From assembly GCA_018304505.1 (NCBI GenBank), contig JAGVWA010000001.1, forward strand, positions 68,363 through 132,362: a stretch of DNA of 64,000 nucleotides, in the 5' to 3' direction. Source of the DNA: Nanobdellati archaeon. Lineage in GTDB: Archaea > B1Sed10-29 > JAGVWA01. Shown piece after piece: positions 37,553 to 47,287 of this stretch. The position numbers were made by a program, and so were the translations under genes. The notes under the pieces were generated by a model. That model had not been told where the DNA came from and did no database searches. It saw only the letters and a list, made by a program, of their open reading frames with translations. Positions within the stretch are counted from its first letter, which is position 1. Every line of letters begins with the position of its first letter.

Positions 37553-37957
37553 GCCAGTATAACGTAGCAGTCATTAAAAAGCCTTCGCCGTGGCATTGTT
37601 ACCGTGGTGTTGTTGCCGTAGGCGTTGTTGTATTGCATGCCTACCATGGGTCTTCGTCAGAGAGCCTATCAAGGATTGATCCTCTGCTGCCGCCAATGCC
37701 CCGACATTCTTTAGGGTCCAGCACAACGTACTGAAAGGCGGGCTTCGCCTTCTTTCCCGATTCTCCCGTTGTTTCTGGTTCTTGCTGATTCCACATAGAT
37801 TGGTCACCTCGACGTCTAAGAATTCTACATGGCTTTATAAACCTTTCGGAAATTGCAACAAGCTTGCTGCAATTGTTTATACGTCTCCGGGGGTATAAAG
37901 TTTTTTATATCCCAGGAAACCTAAGGAACAACAGCCACAAAATCAAAAGAACAACAT

Positions 37958-38093
37958 GGGGATTTAGGGTAGCTTGGCATCCTAGCTGGCTCCAGACTTA
38001 CTGATCTGGAGCGATGAGCTCTATTTTTGAGCAATGATATCCGATTGGTATCGGAAGATACCAGCCGACCTGGGTTCGAATCCCAGAGTCCCC
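37958..38093 (+). tRNA. tRNA-Trp(CCA) with ~64-nt intron after position 37
   Basis: Acceptor GGGGAUU/AGUCCCC, anticodon loop CUCCAGA, T arm CUGGG-UUCGAAU-CCCAG. The intron contains CUGA and GAUGAG/AAUGAUA box-C/D-like elements. Confidence 0.75.
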
Positions 38094-38160
38094 ACTCATC
38101 ATTACACAACCAAGTTACACAACCCAATCATCATCAAGCAACTTGATTTCAAAGAAAAAA

Positions 38161-38232
38161 CGACCCCGGGAGGGCTCGAACCTCCACCACAAGGTTAACA
38201 GCCTAGCATCCTGCCAGTTAGACTACGGGGTC
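38161..38232 (-). tRNA. tRNA-Asn(GUU)
   Basis: Reverse complement gives GACCCCG acceptor, anticodon loop CUGUUAA, T arm GGAGG-UUCGAGC-CCUCC and 3' CGGGGUC-G. There is one U-U mismatch in the anticodon stem. Confidence 0.65.
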
Positions 38233-38256
38233 AACCAAAATGCTTAATAATCTAAT

Positions 38257-38321
38257 ATTACTAACAACCAAAACATTACTAACAACCCAAACATTACTAA
38301 CAACCCAAGATTACAACAGCC
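38257..38321. repeat. 18-nt tandem repeat, ~3.5 copies (ATTACTAACAACC[C]AAAC)
   Basis: Direct tandem copies between tRNA-Asn and gatC. Confidence 0.7.
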
Positions 38322-38336
38322 ATTAAGGGGATAACT

Positions 38337-38555
38337 ATGGACATACCAGAACTGTGCAGGATTAAACTGACAGACGAAGAACAAGAACGCCTAGAGGCGG
38401 AAATGAAACAGATCCTCGACTGGGCAGGCGAAATCGGGGTGCCAGAGGCCAAACCAACAGCCTTTGAGGCCATAGTGCCCCGGGGCGACCGTGCGAGAAA
38501 ATCGGCTTATGACATACGTTTTCCAAAAACAAAGGACGGGAAGATAGTTATATGA
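38337..38555 (+). CDS. gatC: Asp/Glu-tRNA amidotransferase subunit C
   Basis: 72 aa; first gene of the gatCAB operon. Confidence 0.75.
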   Translation: MDIPELCRIKLTDEEQERLEAEMKQILDWAGEIGVPEAKPTAFEAIVPRGDRARKSAYDIRFPKTKDGKIVI

Positions 38556-39727
38556 CACTCAAGGATAGGCACGGCGCGTTCATTTCTCTTACCGACACGC
38601 CCGGCGAGTTGGCTGTGAAGGACAACATCTGCGTGCAGGGCTTCATGTGCACGGCTTCCTCAAAGCTGCTGGAAAACTATGAGCCACCTTACACAGCCAC
38701 AGCCGTACAAAAACTCCAAAAACAGGGCCTGACTGTGATGGGGAAAACAAGCTGCGACGAATTCGCCTGCGGCAGCACCGGAACCCACACAAGCCTCGCT
38801 AATCCACGGAACCCGTTGGACGAAAAGCGCGTGCCTGGAGGCAGTTCAAGCGGTAGTGCAATAGCAGTAAAAGACGGCCTGGTGAGGTATGCAATTGGCT
38901 CAGACACTGGGGGTAGCGTAAGGTGTCCAGCAACGTTCTGCCAAATCGTTGGATACAGGCCAAGCTACGGCCAGATATCGAGATACGGGCTTATGGACAT
39001 GTGCATGAGCTTCGACACCATCGGTACACTGACAAGGAACGTCGACGATGCCATTTACCTCATTACGGGCATGAGCGGCAAGGACGACAAGGACTTAACA
39101 ACCATGAATTCAGTTGATGTTAAGGAAACGCCCGGCTTGGCAGGCAAGCGATTGGTGGCTTTCAGGCAAATCCTGGAATCGTGCGATCCGGGAATCAGGG
39201 AAAAATTCAACGAGGCAACTGAAAAAGCCAAACTCCATGTTGACGTGATCGACTTTCCAGAGATACACAAAAGCATTCCGACATACTACATGATCGTGTT
39301 TGCTGAGTTTGCGAGCGCAATGCAGCGCTTTGACGGAAAATTCTTTGGCAAAAATCGAGAGCTTCTGGGCCAAGAGGTGAAGCGGCGCATTCTACTGGGC
39401 ACATTTATTTCGCAGAAGGAAAACAAGGACAAGTGGTACACACAAGCAATCAATGCGAGAAAGTGGTTCCAGCAGAAATTCGAGGCCATGTTTGCGAAAT
39501 ACGATTTCGTCATAAACCCGACAATGCCCTCGCCTGCACCCCTGGTTGGCGAAATCACTGACCCGATAACAGAGTACTCAATGGACCTTGGCACGATTTT
39601 CCCAAGTTTAATGATGGGGCCCAGCATCAGCCTGCCCTACCAGGGCATGGGGATACAGCTCACAGGCAAGCGATTTTCTGACTCCGCGCTTCTGTACAGC
39701 GCGCGTGACTTGGAGGGGGCGCTATGA
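38552..39727 (+). CDS. gatA: Asp/Glu-tRNA amidotransferase subunit A (amidase)
   Basis: Amidase signature GGSSSGSAIAV...GSDTGGSVRCPA. Confidence 0.9.
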   Translation: MTLKDRHGAFISLTDTPGELAVKDNICVQGFMCTASSKLLENYEPPYTATAVQKLQKQGLTVMGKTSCDEFACGSTGTHTSLANPRNPLDEKRVPGGSSSGSAIAVKDGLVRYAIGSDTGGSVRCPATFCQIVGYRPSYGQISRYGLMDMCMSFDTIGTLTRNVDDAIYLITGMSGKDDKDLTTMNSVDVKETPGLAGKRLVAFRQILESCDPGIREKFNEATEKAKLHVDVIDFPEIHKSIPTYYMIVFAEFASAMQRFDGKFFGKNRELLGQEVKRRILLGTFISQKENKDKWYTQAINARKWFQQKFEAMFAKYDFVINPTMPSPAPLVGEITDPITEYSMDLGTIFPSLMMGPSISLPYQGMGIQLTGKRFSDSALLYSARDLEGAL

Positions 39728-40509
39728 AGGTGGGCTTTGAATTGCACGTTACGCCACTGACAGAAAGCAAGATGTACTGCGATTGTCCAACAAAAAACGC
39801 GCAACCGAATTTGCAGGTATGCCCCATTTGCACTGGCCAGCCTGGCAGCAAGCCCATGGCACCAAACGAAACCGCATTACGGGCAGGCATTAAACTTGCC
39901 AAGGCGCTGAACTGCACGCTTAATGAGAGCGTTAGCGTGATGCGTAAGCACTACTTCTACCCCGACCTGCCGAACAACTATCAGCTGACAAGCGAGCCGT
40001 TTGGCGAAAACGGTTCTTTCAACAACGTTGGGATCACCGAAATTCATTTTGAGGAGGACCCTGGGCAATATGACCCAAAGTCGGGCTTGGTTGACTTGAA
40101 CCGCAGTGGGTCGCCGTTGCTGGAAGTCGTGACAGAGCCGGACATTGACTCGATCGAGAAGGCGCGCGATTTCCTTGAGGAATTCAGTGCACTGCTCGGC
40201 TTTCTCGGCATATCCCAGAAAATCAAGGCAGACACCAATGTCTCTATCAATGGCGGCGCGCGCGTCGAGGTTAAAAACATAGGGTCGATTAGCGGAGCCC
40301 TGAACGCCATACAGTATGAAGTGAATAGGCAGGCGAAGGAAGGCGCCGTACTCGAGACGCGGCATTACGACAAGGACACCATGACAACCAAGCCGGCTAG
40401 GTTGAAGGAAACCGTGGCCGATTATCGCTACATGCGAGAGCCGAACCTGCCGAGACCGCGCGCATCATTACAAGCGAAAAATGGCTCTACGACTTATTCA
40501 ACAACGTGA
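39724..40509 (+). CDS. gatB: Asp/Glu-tRNA amidotransferase subunit B, N-terminal part (frame interrupted)
   Basis: VGFELHVTPLTESKMYCDCPT matches the GLEIHxQL...TKLFC start. It ends shortly after ADYRYMREPNLP. Confidence 0.8.
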   Translation: MKVGFELHVTPLTESKMYCDCPTKNAQPNLQVCPICTGQPGSKPMAPNETALRAGIKLAKALNCTLNESVSVMRKHYFYPDLPNNYQLTSEPFGENGSFNNVGITEIHFEEDPGQYDPKSGLVDLNRSGSPLLEVVTEPDIDSIEKARDFLEEFSALLGFLGISQKIKADTNVSINGGARVEVKNIGSISGALNAIQYEVNRQAKEGAVLETRHYDKDTMTTKPARLKETVADYRYMREPNLPRPRASLQAKNGSTTYSTT

Positions 40510-40895
40510 ACATGGACAAGGCTGAATTGGCGAAATTCCTGCGCCGTGACCTGCTAAATGAACTGAAGTACCGCCAGATTAGTTTTGAAAACAGCAGCCT
40601 TGACGTGCAGAAGCTAGAGCAGCTTTTGAACGAGGGCATAAGCCCGCGAGCCAGGACAGAGAAGTTACGCGCGTTGTTGGACAACAAGGCAGTGGACGTA
40701 ACGGAAGCGAGCCACGATGATTTGGAAAAAGCAGTAGACGCAGTGCTCGAAATTGAGGCCGCAGCTGTTGAGAAATACAAAAACGGGAAAAAGAACTTGT
40801 TCAATTATTTCCTCGGCGAGGTTGACAAGAAACTAGGGCACAGTGTAAAACCGGGCGACATCGCACGCGTGTTGAAAAAGAAACTCGGAAGCTAG
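40506..40895 (+). CDS. gatB: GatB C-terminal (GatB/YqeY) domain, separate reading frame
   Basis: This frame stays open upstream to 40398 and reads ...IITSEKWLYDLF..., which continues GatB after EPNLP. A frameshift therefore lies at about 40455-40470. Confidence 0.7.
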   Translation: MNMDKAELAKFLRRDLLNELKYRQISFENSSLDVQKLEQLLNEGISPRARTEKLRALLDNKAVDVTEASHDDLEKAVDAVLEIEAAAVEKYKNGKKNLFNYFLGEVDKKLGHSVKPGDIARVLKKKLGS

Positions 40896-40932
40896 GGCCG
40901 CTTTCCGTTGCTAGAACCACTTTCCACTTTTG

Positions 40933-41682
40933 CTAGAACAGCTTTCGCATGCTCTCGCTGAAGTACGGGCTCCTGATCCAGGAGGCGACTTCTGTCTTCG
41001 AGTTCTCTGGCGTGAGGAACAAAAGCACGTCGTTGTCTACTATCATCATCCTGTGAAACGATTCAGACTTGACTGAATGCGCAATCTGCCGGGCTTCCTT
41101 CAGAACGGCGGTAGAGCTCTTTGAGTTGATCTTTATCTCCACGCCCCGGTCTCGCGCTGTCTTAAGATGAGTGCTGAAGAGATCAAGCTTGTCCTTGAGC
41201 TTCTTCTCAGATGTCGCAATGTAAATGTGCTTCTGCGCACCTGTGAGAAGGTTATCGATTTTTGAGTTGATGTTCTGGCTGTCCTTGAGCACCCACACGA
41301 AATCGCCTGCAGACGGGCTCTCTTTCATGTCAGTGTCCTTCATGGTTTTTTTGAAGTCATTCTTTATGACCTCCATGTCACCGAGGTCCTGATTGTGTTC
41401 AGACACCTTGTGCTTTTTCAGATTCATGAATGCCTCTTCTATAGGCACTGCGGCAAACTTGATTGGCCTGCCAGGTTGCGAACTTATCAAGCCGCGCTTT
41501 TCCAGTTTATCCAGGACATCGTACGCCCTCGGCCGGGGAATGTCGGCTATGTTTGCCGAGTCACTGGCAGACGTAGCACCCTTGGTAAGCAAAGCTAAAT
41601 ATAACCTTGACTCGTATTGATTTAAGCCCACCCTTTTCAGCAAATTGAGCGCGTCTTCATTCATCTTGACTTCCATAATCAC
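40933..41682 (-). CDS. TrmB-family transcriptional regulator
   Basis: N-terminal wHTH LKRVGLNQYESRLYLALLTKGATSASDSANIADIPRPRAYDVLDKLEKRGLI. Confidence 0.75.
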   Translation of the reverse strand: MIMEVKMNEDALNLLKRVGLNQYESRLYLALLTKGATSASDSANIADIPRPRAYDVLDKLEKRGLISSQPGRPIKFAAVPIEEAFMNLKKHKVSEHNQDLGDMEVIKNDFKKTMKDTDMKESPSAGDFVWVLKDSQNINSKIDNLLTGAQKHIYIATSEKKLKDKLDLFSTHLKTARDRGVEIKINSKSSTAVLKEARQIAHSVKSESFHRMMIVDNDVLLFLTPENSKTEVASWIRSPYFSESMRKLF

Positions 41683-41751
41683 TCCACGTATATATTATTT
41701 ACCACAACCTTTAAATAGTTTACTACTTCATAATAGTAACAAGGTAATAAT

Positions 41752-43362
41752 ATGAGATTATTGCACGCCGCGGTGTTTCTAATCCTCCTGATGTCAACAG
41801 CCATTGCTATAACCCAAACAGACCCAACAATAGAGACGCAAAGCTCAAAAACCGTGTTCCATGGGGACACGGCAAACTACCGCATCTCGATTACCAACAA
41901 CGAGGCCACGAGCAAGGCCTTTAAGCTCACAATAAGCGAGAACCCCCAAAACCTCCCAATCAGGATACCGACAACTGATTTAACAATACAACCCAAGGCC
42001 ACCAAGGCCTTTGACATCTTTATAGATACTACTAAACTGAGTCTCGGCACATATACCTTTGGGTTGTCAGTATCAAAAGACAGCGACGTGTTCGAAGGCC
42101 CGTTCACGCTGCAGGTCCAGGGAGCCTCGGGTGACTTATCCATAAGTTCGGCTTACAAAACGCTGGAAGTGACGCAAGGCGAGTACAAAGAACTGCGTTT
42201 TACCGTCACAAATAGGGGCGCAATCCAGCTGAAAAACCTAATCCTAACCTCGAACTTGCCGGCAGAATTCCTGCCAAAGTACCCTGAGCCCTTTAACCTG
42301 GCCGCGTCTGAAAGGCGTGAAGTCAAAATCGGCATCACAACCCAAGACGGCGCAGCAGTTGGCGAGCGAGACTTCAGGATAGAAGCGGCCTCTGGTAATG
42401 TAGAGGCATCAACAACAACCACGCTAAGGGTGCAGAAATCGCTAGACTTAACGCAAGACCTCATCCTTGAACTCTTACTGCCCTGGGATCCTATCAAGGA
42501 AAACGGCAACGTCATCGGATACCAAATCCCATACAGGCTGACGAATCGCGGTGACCACAAAATCTCTCAGGTATCAGTAGACGTCCTTAATGTCTCCCCA
42601 GAATGGACCGTGGAGAAGAACAGGCCCATAGACTTAGACAGCAAGGAAACCAAGGACTTTACATTAAGAATTATTCCAACAACACTCGAAGACACGCAGG
42701 CAATCATTTCCATGTCGCAAAACATGCAGCCCGTAGAGAATGTTACAATAAACCTCGCAGGCTACAAGGTGGGCGCGGCCAGCAGCGCTTCCGGCAACGT
42801 CATCATGGGCGGCTCTGGCACGGCCGGCATAATGCTCATACTCGTATTTGTCCTGGGCTTCCTGGTTTACAAGCAGCGCAACGAATACAAGGAAAAACTG
42901 CAAGACGTAAAGCGCCAAACCTATCTTGACCAACTTGCAGATGACATCACAAAGGAGATGGCGCTCGATGACCCCAAGGAGATCTTTGACAACACCGAAC
43001 TACGGCCTCTAAAGGCCGCGCTTGATAAAGAAAAGCAAACGCCGCAAGAGCCACCTGTAACAAAACAAGATGCCCCGGAGGAAATCCGCCTTGGGCCATT
43101 GACGCTTGTAAAGCCAACGCAAGAACCAACACAAGAACCAACACACGAACCAACACAAGAAAACCTAGAAAAAGCAGCAGAGGAAGACGTGCTCTTTTAC
43201 ACCTCAAAAAACCCAAAGCCTGAAGCCCCTGAGCCAACAGACGCGGAACCAGAAGACGACGATGATGACGACGCAAGCGCAAGCGAATCACATGAGCCTG
43301 CATCAACACCAGCAGCAGCGAAGCCCAGGAACTTCGCCGAGGTTCTCAGAAAACGCAAGTGA
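41752..43362 (+). CDS. Cell-surface protein with CARDB/DUF11-like repeats, C-terminal TM anchor and acidic PTQE-repeat tail
   Basis: Signal peptide, beta-rich repeat domains, a TM segment (GIMLILVFVLGFLVY), then a PTQEPTQEPTHEPTQE tail and a poly-Asp run. Confidence 0.55.
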   Translation: MRLLHAAVFLILLMSTAIAITQTDPTIETQSSKTVFHGDTANYRISITNNEATSKAFKLTISENPQNLPIRIPTTDLTIQPKATKAFDIFIDTTKLSLGTYTFGLSVSKDSDVFEGPFTLQVQGASGDLSISSAYKTLEVTQGEYKELRFTVTNRGAIQLKNLILTSNLPAEFLPKYPEPFNLAASERREVKIGITTQDGAAVGERDFRIEAASGNVEASTTTTLRVQKSLDLTQDLILELLLPWDPIKENGNVIGYQIPYRLTNRGDHKISQVSVDVLNVSPEWTVEKNRPIDLDSKETKDFTLRIIPTTLEDTQAIISMSQNMQPVENVTINLAGYKVGAASSASGNVIMGGSGTAGIMLILVFVLGFLVYKQRNEYKEKLQDVKRQTYLDQLADDITKEMALDDPKEIFDNTELRPLKAALDKEKQTPQEPPVTKQDAPEEIRLGPLTLVKPTQEPTQEPTHEPTQENLEKAAEEDVLFYTSKNPKPEAPEPTDAEPEDDDDDDASASESHEPASTPAAAKPRNFAEVLRKRK

Positions 43363-43476
43363 TTGCTAAACAACACTTTTCGGTATACCAACAGCATTGC
43401 CTTAAACTGCTGTTCAGTAGTCTCATTATTCCAGTAAATCGAAAGCGCTATATATCCCCGCTGCTTTCTCTTTGTT

Positions 43477-44475
43477 ATGAACGTGCACCAAAGCGCCGAG
43501 GGGATCCTAGTAGAAGACAGGGAAACGAAATTATTCCTAGATCCAAGCCGGCAGATCAAACCAGCACAGGGGATCGTCGGAATTTCGCACGCGCACCAAG
43601 ACCATGTACGGAACCACAAGACAGAGTGCATACTAACCCCCGCAACATCTGACTTGTTCCATGCAAGCGAAGCCAAGAGGAAAAAACACGCGTACGGCAA
43701 AAAGACAAGACTCGACAACCTCGTCATCAGCATGCACAGCGCCAACCACATCCTCGGTTCTTCTCAATTCAGGATCGAGAATTCCCAAGTACTGACTTAT
43801 ACCGGCGATTTCAAACTCCAAAGGTCATTGCTGTATCCTAAATGCGATGTCATCGACACTGACATCCTGATAATGGAAGCCACTTATGGCTCGCCCGAAT
43901 ACGTTTTCCCAAACCCAGATGGGGTCTACAGGGACATGGGGCTCTGGATCAAATCGAACCCCGGAAAAAACGTGATCATAGGCGCCTACGCCCTTGGAAA
44001 GAGCCAAGAACTCATCAAGGCCCTCAATGAAATGAGCATCGTGCCCGTGACGCATCCAAGCGTTACACAAAACAGCGAAGTCTACAAAAAGCACGGCGCC
44101 AGCATTGAATACATTGACTCAGAATCGCCAGAAGGGAACGAAGTCATGAAGCAAGGCTTTGTCGGAATCGTTCCAAGGCATTTATTAAAGTATGAATTCA
44201 TCCACGGCCTTGAAATGCAGTACATGAAACCTGTTTTGACTAGCTTCGTTTCAGGTTGGGCTACCAAGTACAACTTCGGGGTAGACAAGACCTTTATCCT
44301 TTCTGACCACGCCGACTTCAGCCAGCTAATGTCCTACGCCGAACTCAGTGGCGCGAAGCAGATTTACACCGTGCACGGGCAAAATCACGAACTGGCTCGA
44401 CAGATAAGAAAGCAGCTGGGCATTCCAGCGATTCCGTTAGCAGACAAGGCACAGAAAACGCTGGCAGAATACTGA
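43477..44475 (+). CDS. Metallo-beta-lactamase fold nuclease, beta-CASP/RMMBL-like
   Basis: HAHQDH (HxHxDH) motif. C-terminal SDHADFSQL...YTVHGQ matches the RMMBL motif. Confidence 0.55.
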   Translation: MNVHQSAEGILVEDRETKLFLDPSRQIKPAQGIVGISHAHQDHVRNHKTECILTPATSDLFHASEAKRKKHAYGKKTRLDNLVISMHSANHILGSSQFRIENSQVLTYTGDFKLQRSLLYPKCDVIDTDILIMEATYGSPEYVFPNPDGVYRDMGLWIKSNPGKNVIIGAYALGKSQELIKALNEMSIVPVTHPSVTQNSEVYKKHGASIEYIDSESPEGNEVMKQGFVGIVPRHLLKYEFIHGLEMQYMKPVLTSFVSGWATKYNFGVDKTFILSDHADFSQLMSYAELSGAKQIYTVHGQNHELARQIRKQLGIPAIPLADKAQKTLAEY

Positions 44476-44543
44476 GGAAATTGAAACCTTTATAAACCCT
44501 ACACTTCAGAAATATCAACAAGCAATCAACAAGTGAACTTATT

Positions 44544-44765
44544 ATGAGAGGAAAAGCAAAACTCATATCCTGTACATACTGCGGGCGCAGGGTACCCGTG
44601 GACAAGGCAAACAGGATTAGGACGACCAACTTCAGGTATAGTGACGACAGGACCGGTTTAAACTACTTTGGCGGCTTTGACACCGCACGATGCTGCCCAA
44701 GCTGTGCTAGGCACAGGCATGTGAAAAACCTGGTGCCAATGAAAGGCAGGCCAAAGCGACGCTAA
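44544..44765 (+). CDS. rps26e: Ribosomal protein S26e (eS26)
   Basis: CTYCGRRVPVDKA and CCPSCARHRHV correspond to the eS26 motifs CTNCARCVPKDKA and YCVSCAIHSKVV. Confidence 0.55.
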   Translation: MRGKAKLISCTYCGRRVPVDKANRIRTTNFRYSDDRTGLNYFGGFDTARCCPSCARHRHVKNLVPMKGRPKRR

Positions 44766-45259
44766 ATATCCACAAAGTCCAAGAGCAAATGCGAGAAGTA
44801 TCCAAGAGAAGCAAATGCCCCAATGATGGCGCTCAATTCTACAGACCCAAGAACAATGTACGTGAGGCCCATTGACAGCAAGCCGTAAACAACCCCTGTC
44901 TTTAGCCTATGAACAACGCCCCTGTGCCTTGGCAAAAACAAGCCGATGAACATTATAAAAAGCAGGGACAGCGCTGACGACACAAGAATCGAAACCCCCA
45001 ATGCATTGTTGCCAGACAAAATAAAGAACGAAACCACGAACACGGCGCCCGCAAGGAAAAACTTCAACTGCTTAAAGATCCATGATTTCTTCGTGTCAAT
45101 GTCCGGCAAAACAGACCCTACAATGATAAAGAACAAGCCTATGGCGAGCAGCAAAAGCAAGTCAAGCATTGGGGGATCTGGAAGAAACACAACAGCAAAT
45201 GCCGCGTAAATTAAGAAAACCAAGAAGCCAAAAAACTTGTGCACTTTTTGAAAAGGCAT
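44762..45259 (-). CDS. DUF457/YdjM-like membrane-bound metal-dependent hydrolase
   Basis: Four TM segments and an LPDIDT motif. Confidence 0.45.
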   Translation of the reverse strand: MPFQKVHKFFGFLVFLIYAAFAVVFLPDPPMLDLLLLLAIGLFFIIVGSVLPDIDTKKSWIFKQLKFFLAGAVFVVSFFILSGNNALGVSILVSSALSLLFIMFIGLFLPRHRGVVHRLKTGVVYGLLSMGLTYIVLGSVELSAIIGAFASLGYFSHLLLDFVDI

Positions 45260-45281
45260 CCTTTAATCACACAGCCCAGAC

Positions 45282-46544
45282 TCACTTTTTAGCTGCTTTA
45301 GGTTTTACATGAGCCGATTTTTTACCTAACCGCCCTGCTTGAACATTCCCATCGTCATCGTAGTGAATTCTGCCAATGTAAAAAAGCGCAAGTGTTGAAA
45401 TCAGAACAGTGGTGAGAATTATTCCAAACGTCACGTCTGCAAAGAAATACGTGTTGTGGATTCCACGCGTAAACGGGATGTAAGCCAAAACAGCAGCAGC
45501 AAGACCTCTCGGGAACATCGCCATCATTAAATGCCGTTCCTTGTCACTAATCTTCATTTTGTGCATAGCGGCCCGTATTGCCAATGGCCTTATTGAGAAG
45601 AGCGCAATGGCAAGCAGGATCCCAAAAATGATGCTCCTGAAGTCAATGAATGAAACCAGGATGCCGAGGTAGACAAAGAAGAACGTTCTTATGATAAACG
45701 CTATGAGGGCATGATACCTGCGTGCGGGCTTGTCTAATTCAAACTCCATGTTCTGGTATTTGAGCATTCCAAATATCTTTTTTCCGTTTCCAAGCACAAC
45801 GCCGAAACTCAAGCAGGCAATGGCCCCGCTTCCGCCAAGGCTTTCCACGAAGCTGTAGAGCAGAAATATAATACCGAGGGTTACAAGGTATGAGAATTCT
45901 TCTTCCCTAAATCTCCGGCTTATTGGAATCCAAAACAAGCCGCTGAGCGAGCCGATAACGATTCCGATAGAAAAACCAGAAGCGAGGATCTGTCCAACAG
46001 CCTGCAGGCCAATACCTGAAATTATGGTTTCCATTACTACAATCGCCATCAGGATCGACAAGGCATCGGTTAAAGCAGACTCTATGCTCAGGACTGTTCT
46101 GACGTGGTTGCTTACACCAGGAATCTTATTAATGATCGGAATAACGATTGGCGAGCTAGTTCCACCGACAATTACACCGAGCAGGAGCCCAGTGAGAACA
46201 TTAAAACCAAGCGCCACCATAATTACGGTAACGATTAAAGCAGAGAACGTAAACGCGAGCAGCGTTAACATCAATCCCCTTGGGGCTTCCCTAAACAACT
46301 TGTAAATGTCAAGATTAAGGCCGCCCTCGAACAGGATAATGATTACGGCAATAGCTGCAAACAACTCGCTGATGTTCAAGAACACTGAGGCGTCCACAAT
46401 TTTCAAAATCGGGCCTAGCAGCAAGCCGAATAGGAGCAGCCAGATAATGCTTGGCACGTCTGTCTTTTTGAAAATCAGGTCTCCTACAAAGCCGATGAAG
46501 ATGATTACACCAATTATGGTTATCGGCAACAATACGTCTACCAT
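45282..46544 (-). CDS. Na+/H+ (cation:proton) antiporter, CPA1/NhaP type
   Basis: 420 aa with ~12 TM and the typical NhaP composition. Confidence 0.75.
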   Translation of the reverse strand: MVDVLLPITIIGVIIFIGFVGDLIFKKTDVPSIIWLLLFGLLLGPILKIVDASVFLNISELFAAIAVIIILFEGGLNLDIYKLFREAPRGLMLTLLAFTFSALIVTVIMVALGFNVLTGLLLGVIVGGTSSPIVIPIINKIPGVSNHVRTVLSIESALTDALSILMAIVVMETIISGIGLQAVGQILASGFSIGIVIGSLSGLFWIPISRRFREEEFSYLVTLGIIFLLYSFVESLGGSGAIACLSFGVVLGNGKKIFGMLKYQNMEFELDKPARRYHALIAFIIRTFFFVYLGILVSFIDFRSIIFGILLAIALFSIRPLAIRAAMHKMKISDKERHLMMAMFPRGLAAAVLAYIPFTRGIHNTYFFADVTFGIILTTVLISTLALFYIGRIHYDDDGNVQAGRLGKKSAHVKPKAAKK

Positions 46545-46585
46545 GATTTGAAAATGAATCCTTGGTTATTAAACATTCCCATATA

Positions 46586-46645
46586 AACAAGTAAACAAGC
46601 AAACGAGTAAACAAGCAAACAAGCAAACGAGTAAACAAGCAACGG
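46586..46645. repeat. Tandem AC-rich repeats (GTAAACAAGCAAACGA units)
   Basis: Imperfect tandem copies in the divergent intergenic region between the antiporter gene and the Zn-ribbon gene. Confidence 0.6.
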
Positions 46646-46732
46646 GCGTGCGATTAACAAGTGCGCGGTGACTCGGTGCGCGATGAACAAATGCGTGGCC
46701 GAGCGCGGCTGGGCTGGTATGCTTATATACCA

Positions 46733-47056
46733 ATGTCCCCTAGCTATCTTATGGTGTTTTGCGGAGTTTGTAAAGAAACGAAAGAAGTTAAAAACAGATG
46801 GAACATTAATGAGCACTCTGCCGACAACAACATAATGCGCAATTTCAAGGTGTGCGACGGCTGTGCCGTTTCCCTTGTCAAGCGCCTCAGCGAGGAAGAG
46901 CGCGATGATAGCGCGCCGGACAAAATTAATATGGTGAGAAGCTCCCTCATCAAGGAGTTCTATCTGGCAGAAGACGGAAATCTTGAACTGACTATTTCGA
47001 TGGACCTGGCAAAAGCCAGAAAACTAATTCTCGAAGAAACAAATACCAAAGAATAA
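46733..47056 (+). CDS. Zn-ribbon hypothetical protein
   Basis: CGVC...CDGC pair; ~107 aa from MSPSYLMVF. Confidence 0.35.
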   Translation: MSPSYLMVFCGVCKETKEVKNRWNINEHSADNNIMRNFKVCDGCAVSLVKRLSEEERDDSAPDKINMVRSSLIKEFYLAEDGNLELTISMDLAKARKLILEETNTKE

Positions 47057-47287
47057 CGGGCCTTAAAAGTAAAGGAATTTTATAACCGCCCCTATCAAAA
47101 AAGCCAGCAACGCAAAGCCTATGGCTATGTTCCAGTAAATCAGGCCCCGCAATTCGAGCTGCCTCCTACGGAGAAGCTCATTCTGAACCTCCAGCATTCT
47201 TAGTCTGTACCCTCCCCCTGAATCAGGTGCAGGCATAACTGCTTTTATTGCTGCCTTTACTGCCCTTGGTTTTGGTTGCCGCCATTT

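Noticed and set aside
37921-38127. 67-aa minus-strand ORF
   Set aside because: It lies entirely within tRNA-Trp and its intron, so it is an artefact of structured RNA sequence.
46315-46816. Minus-strand ORFs (MFTRLLVCLFTRLLV...)
   Set aside because: They are generated by the tandem AC-rich repeat array in an intergenic region.
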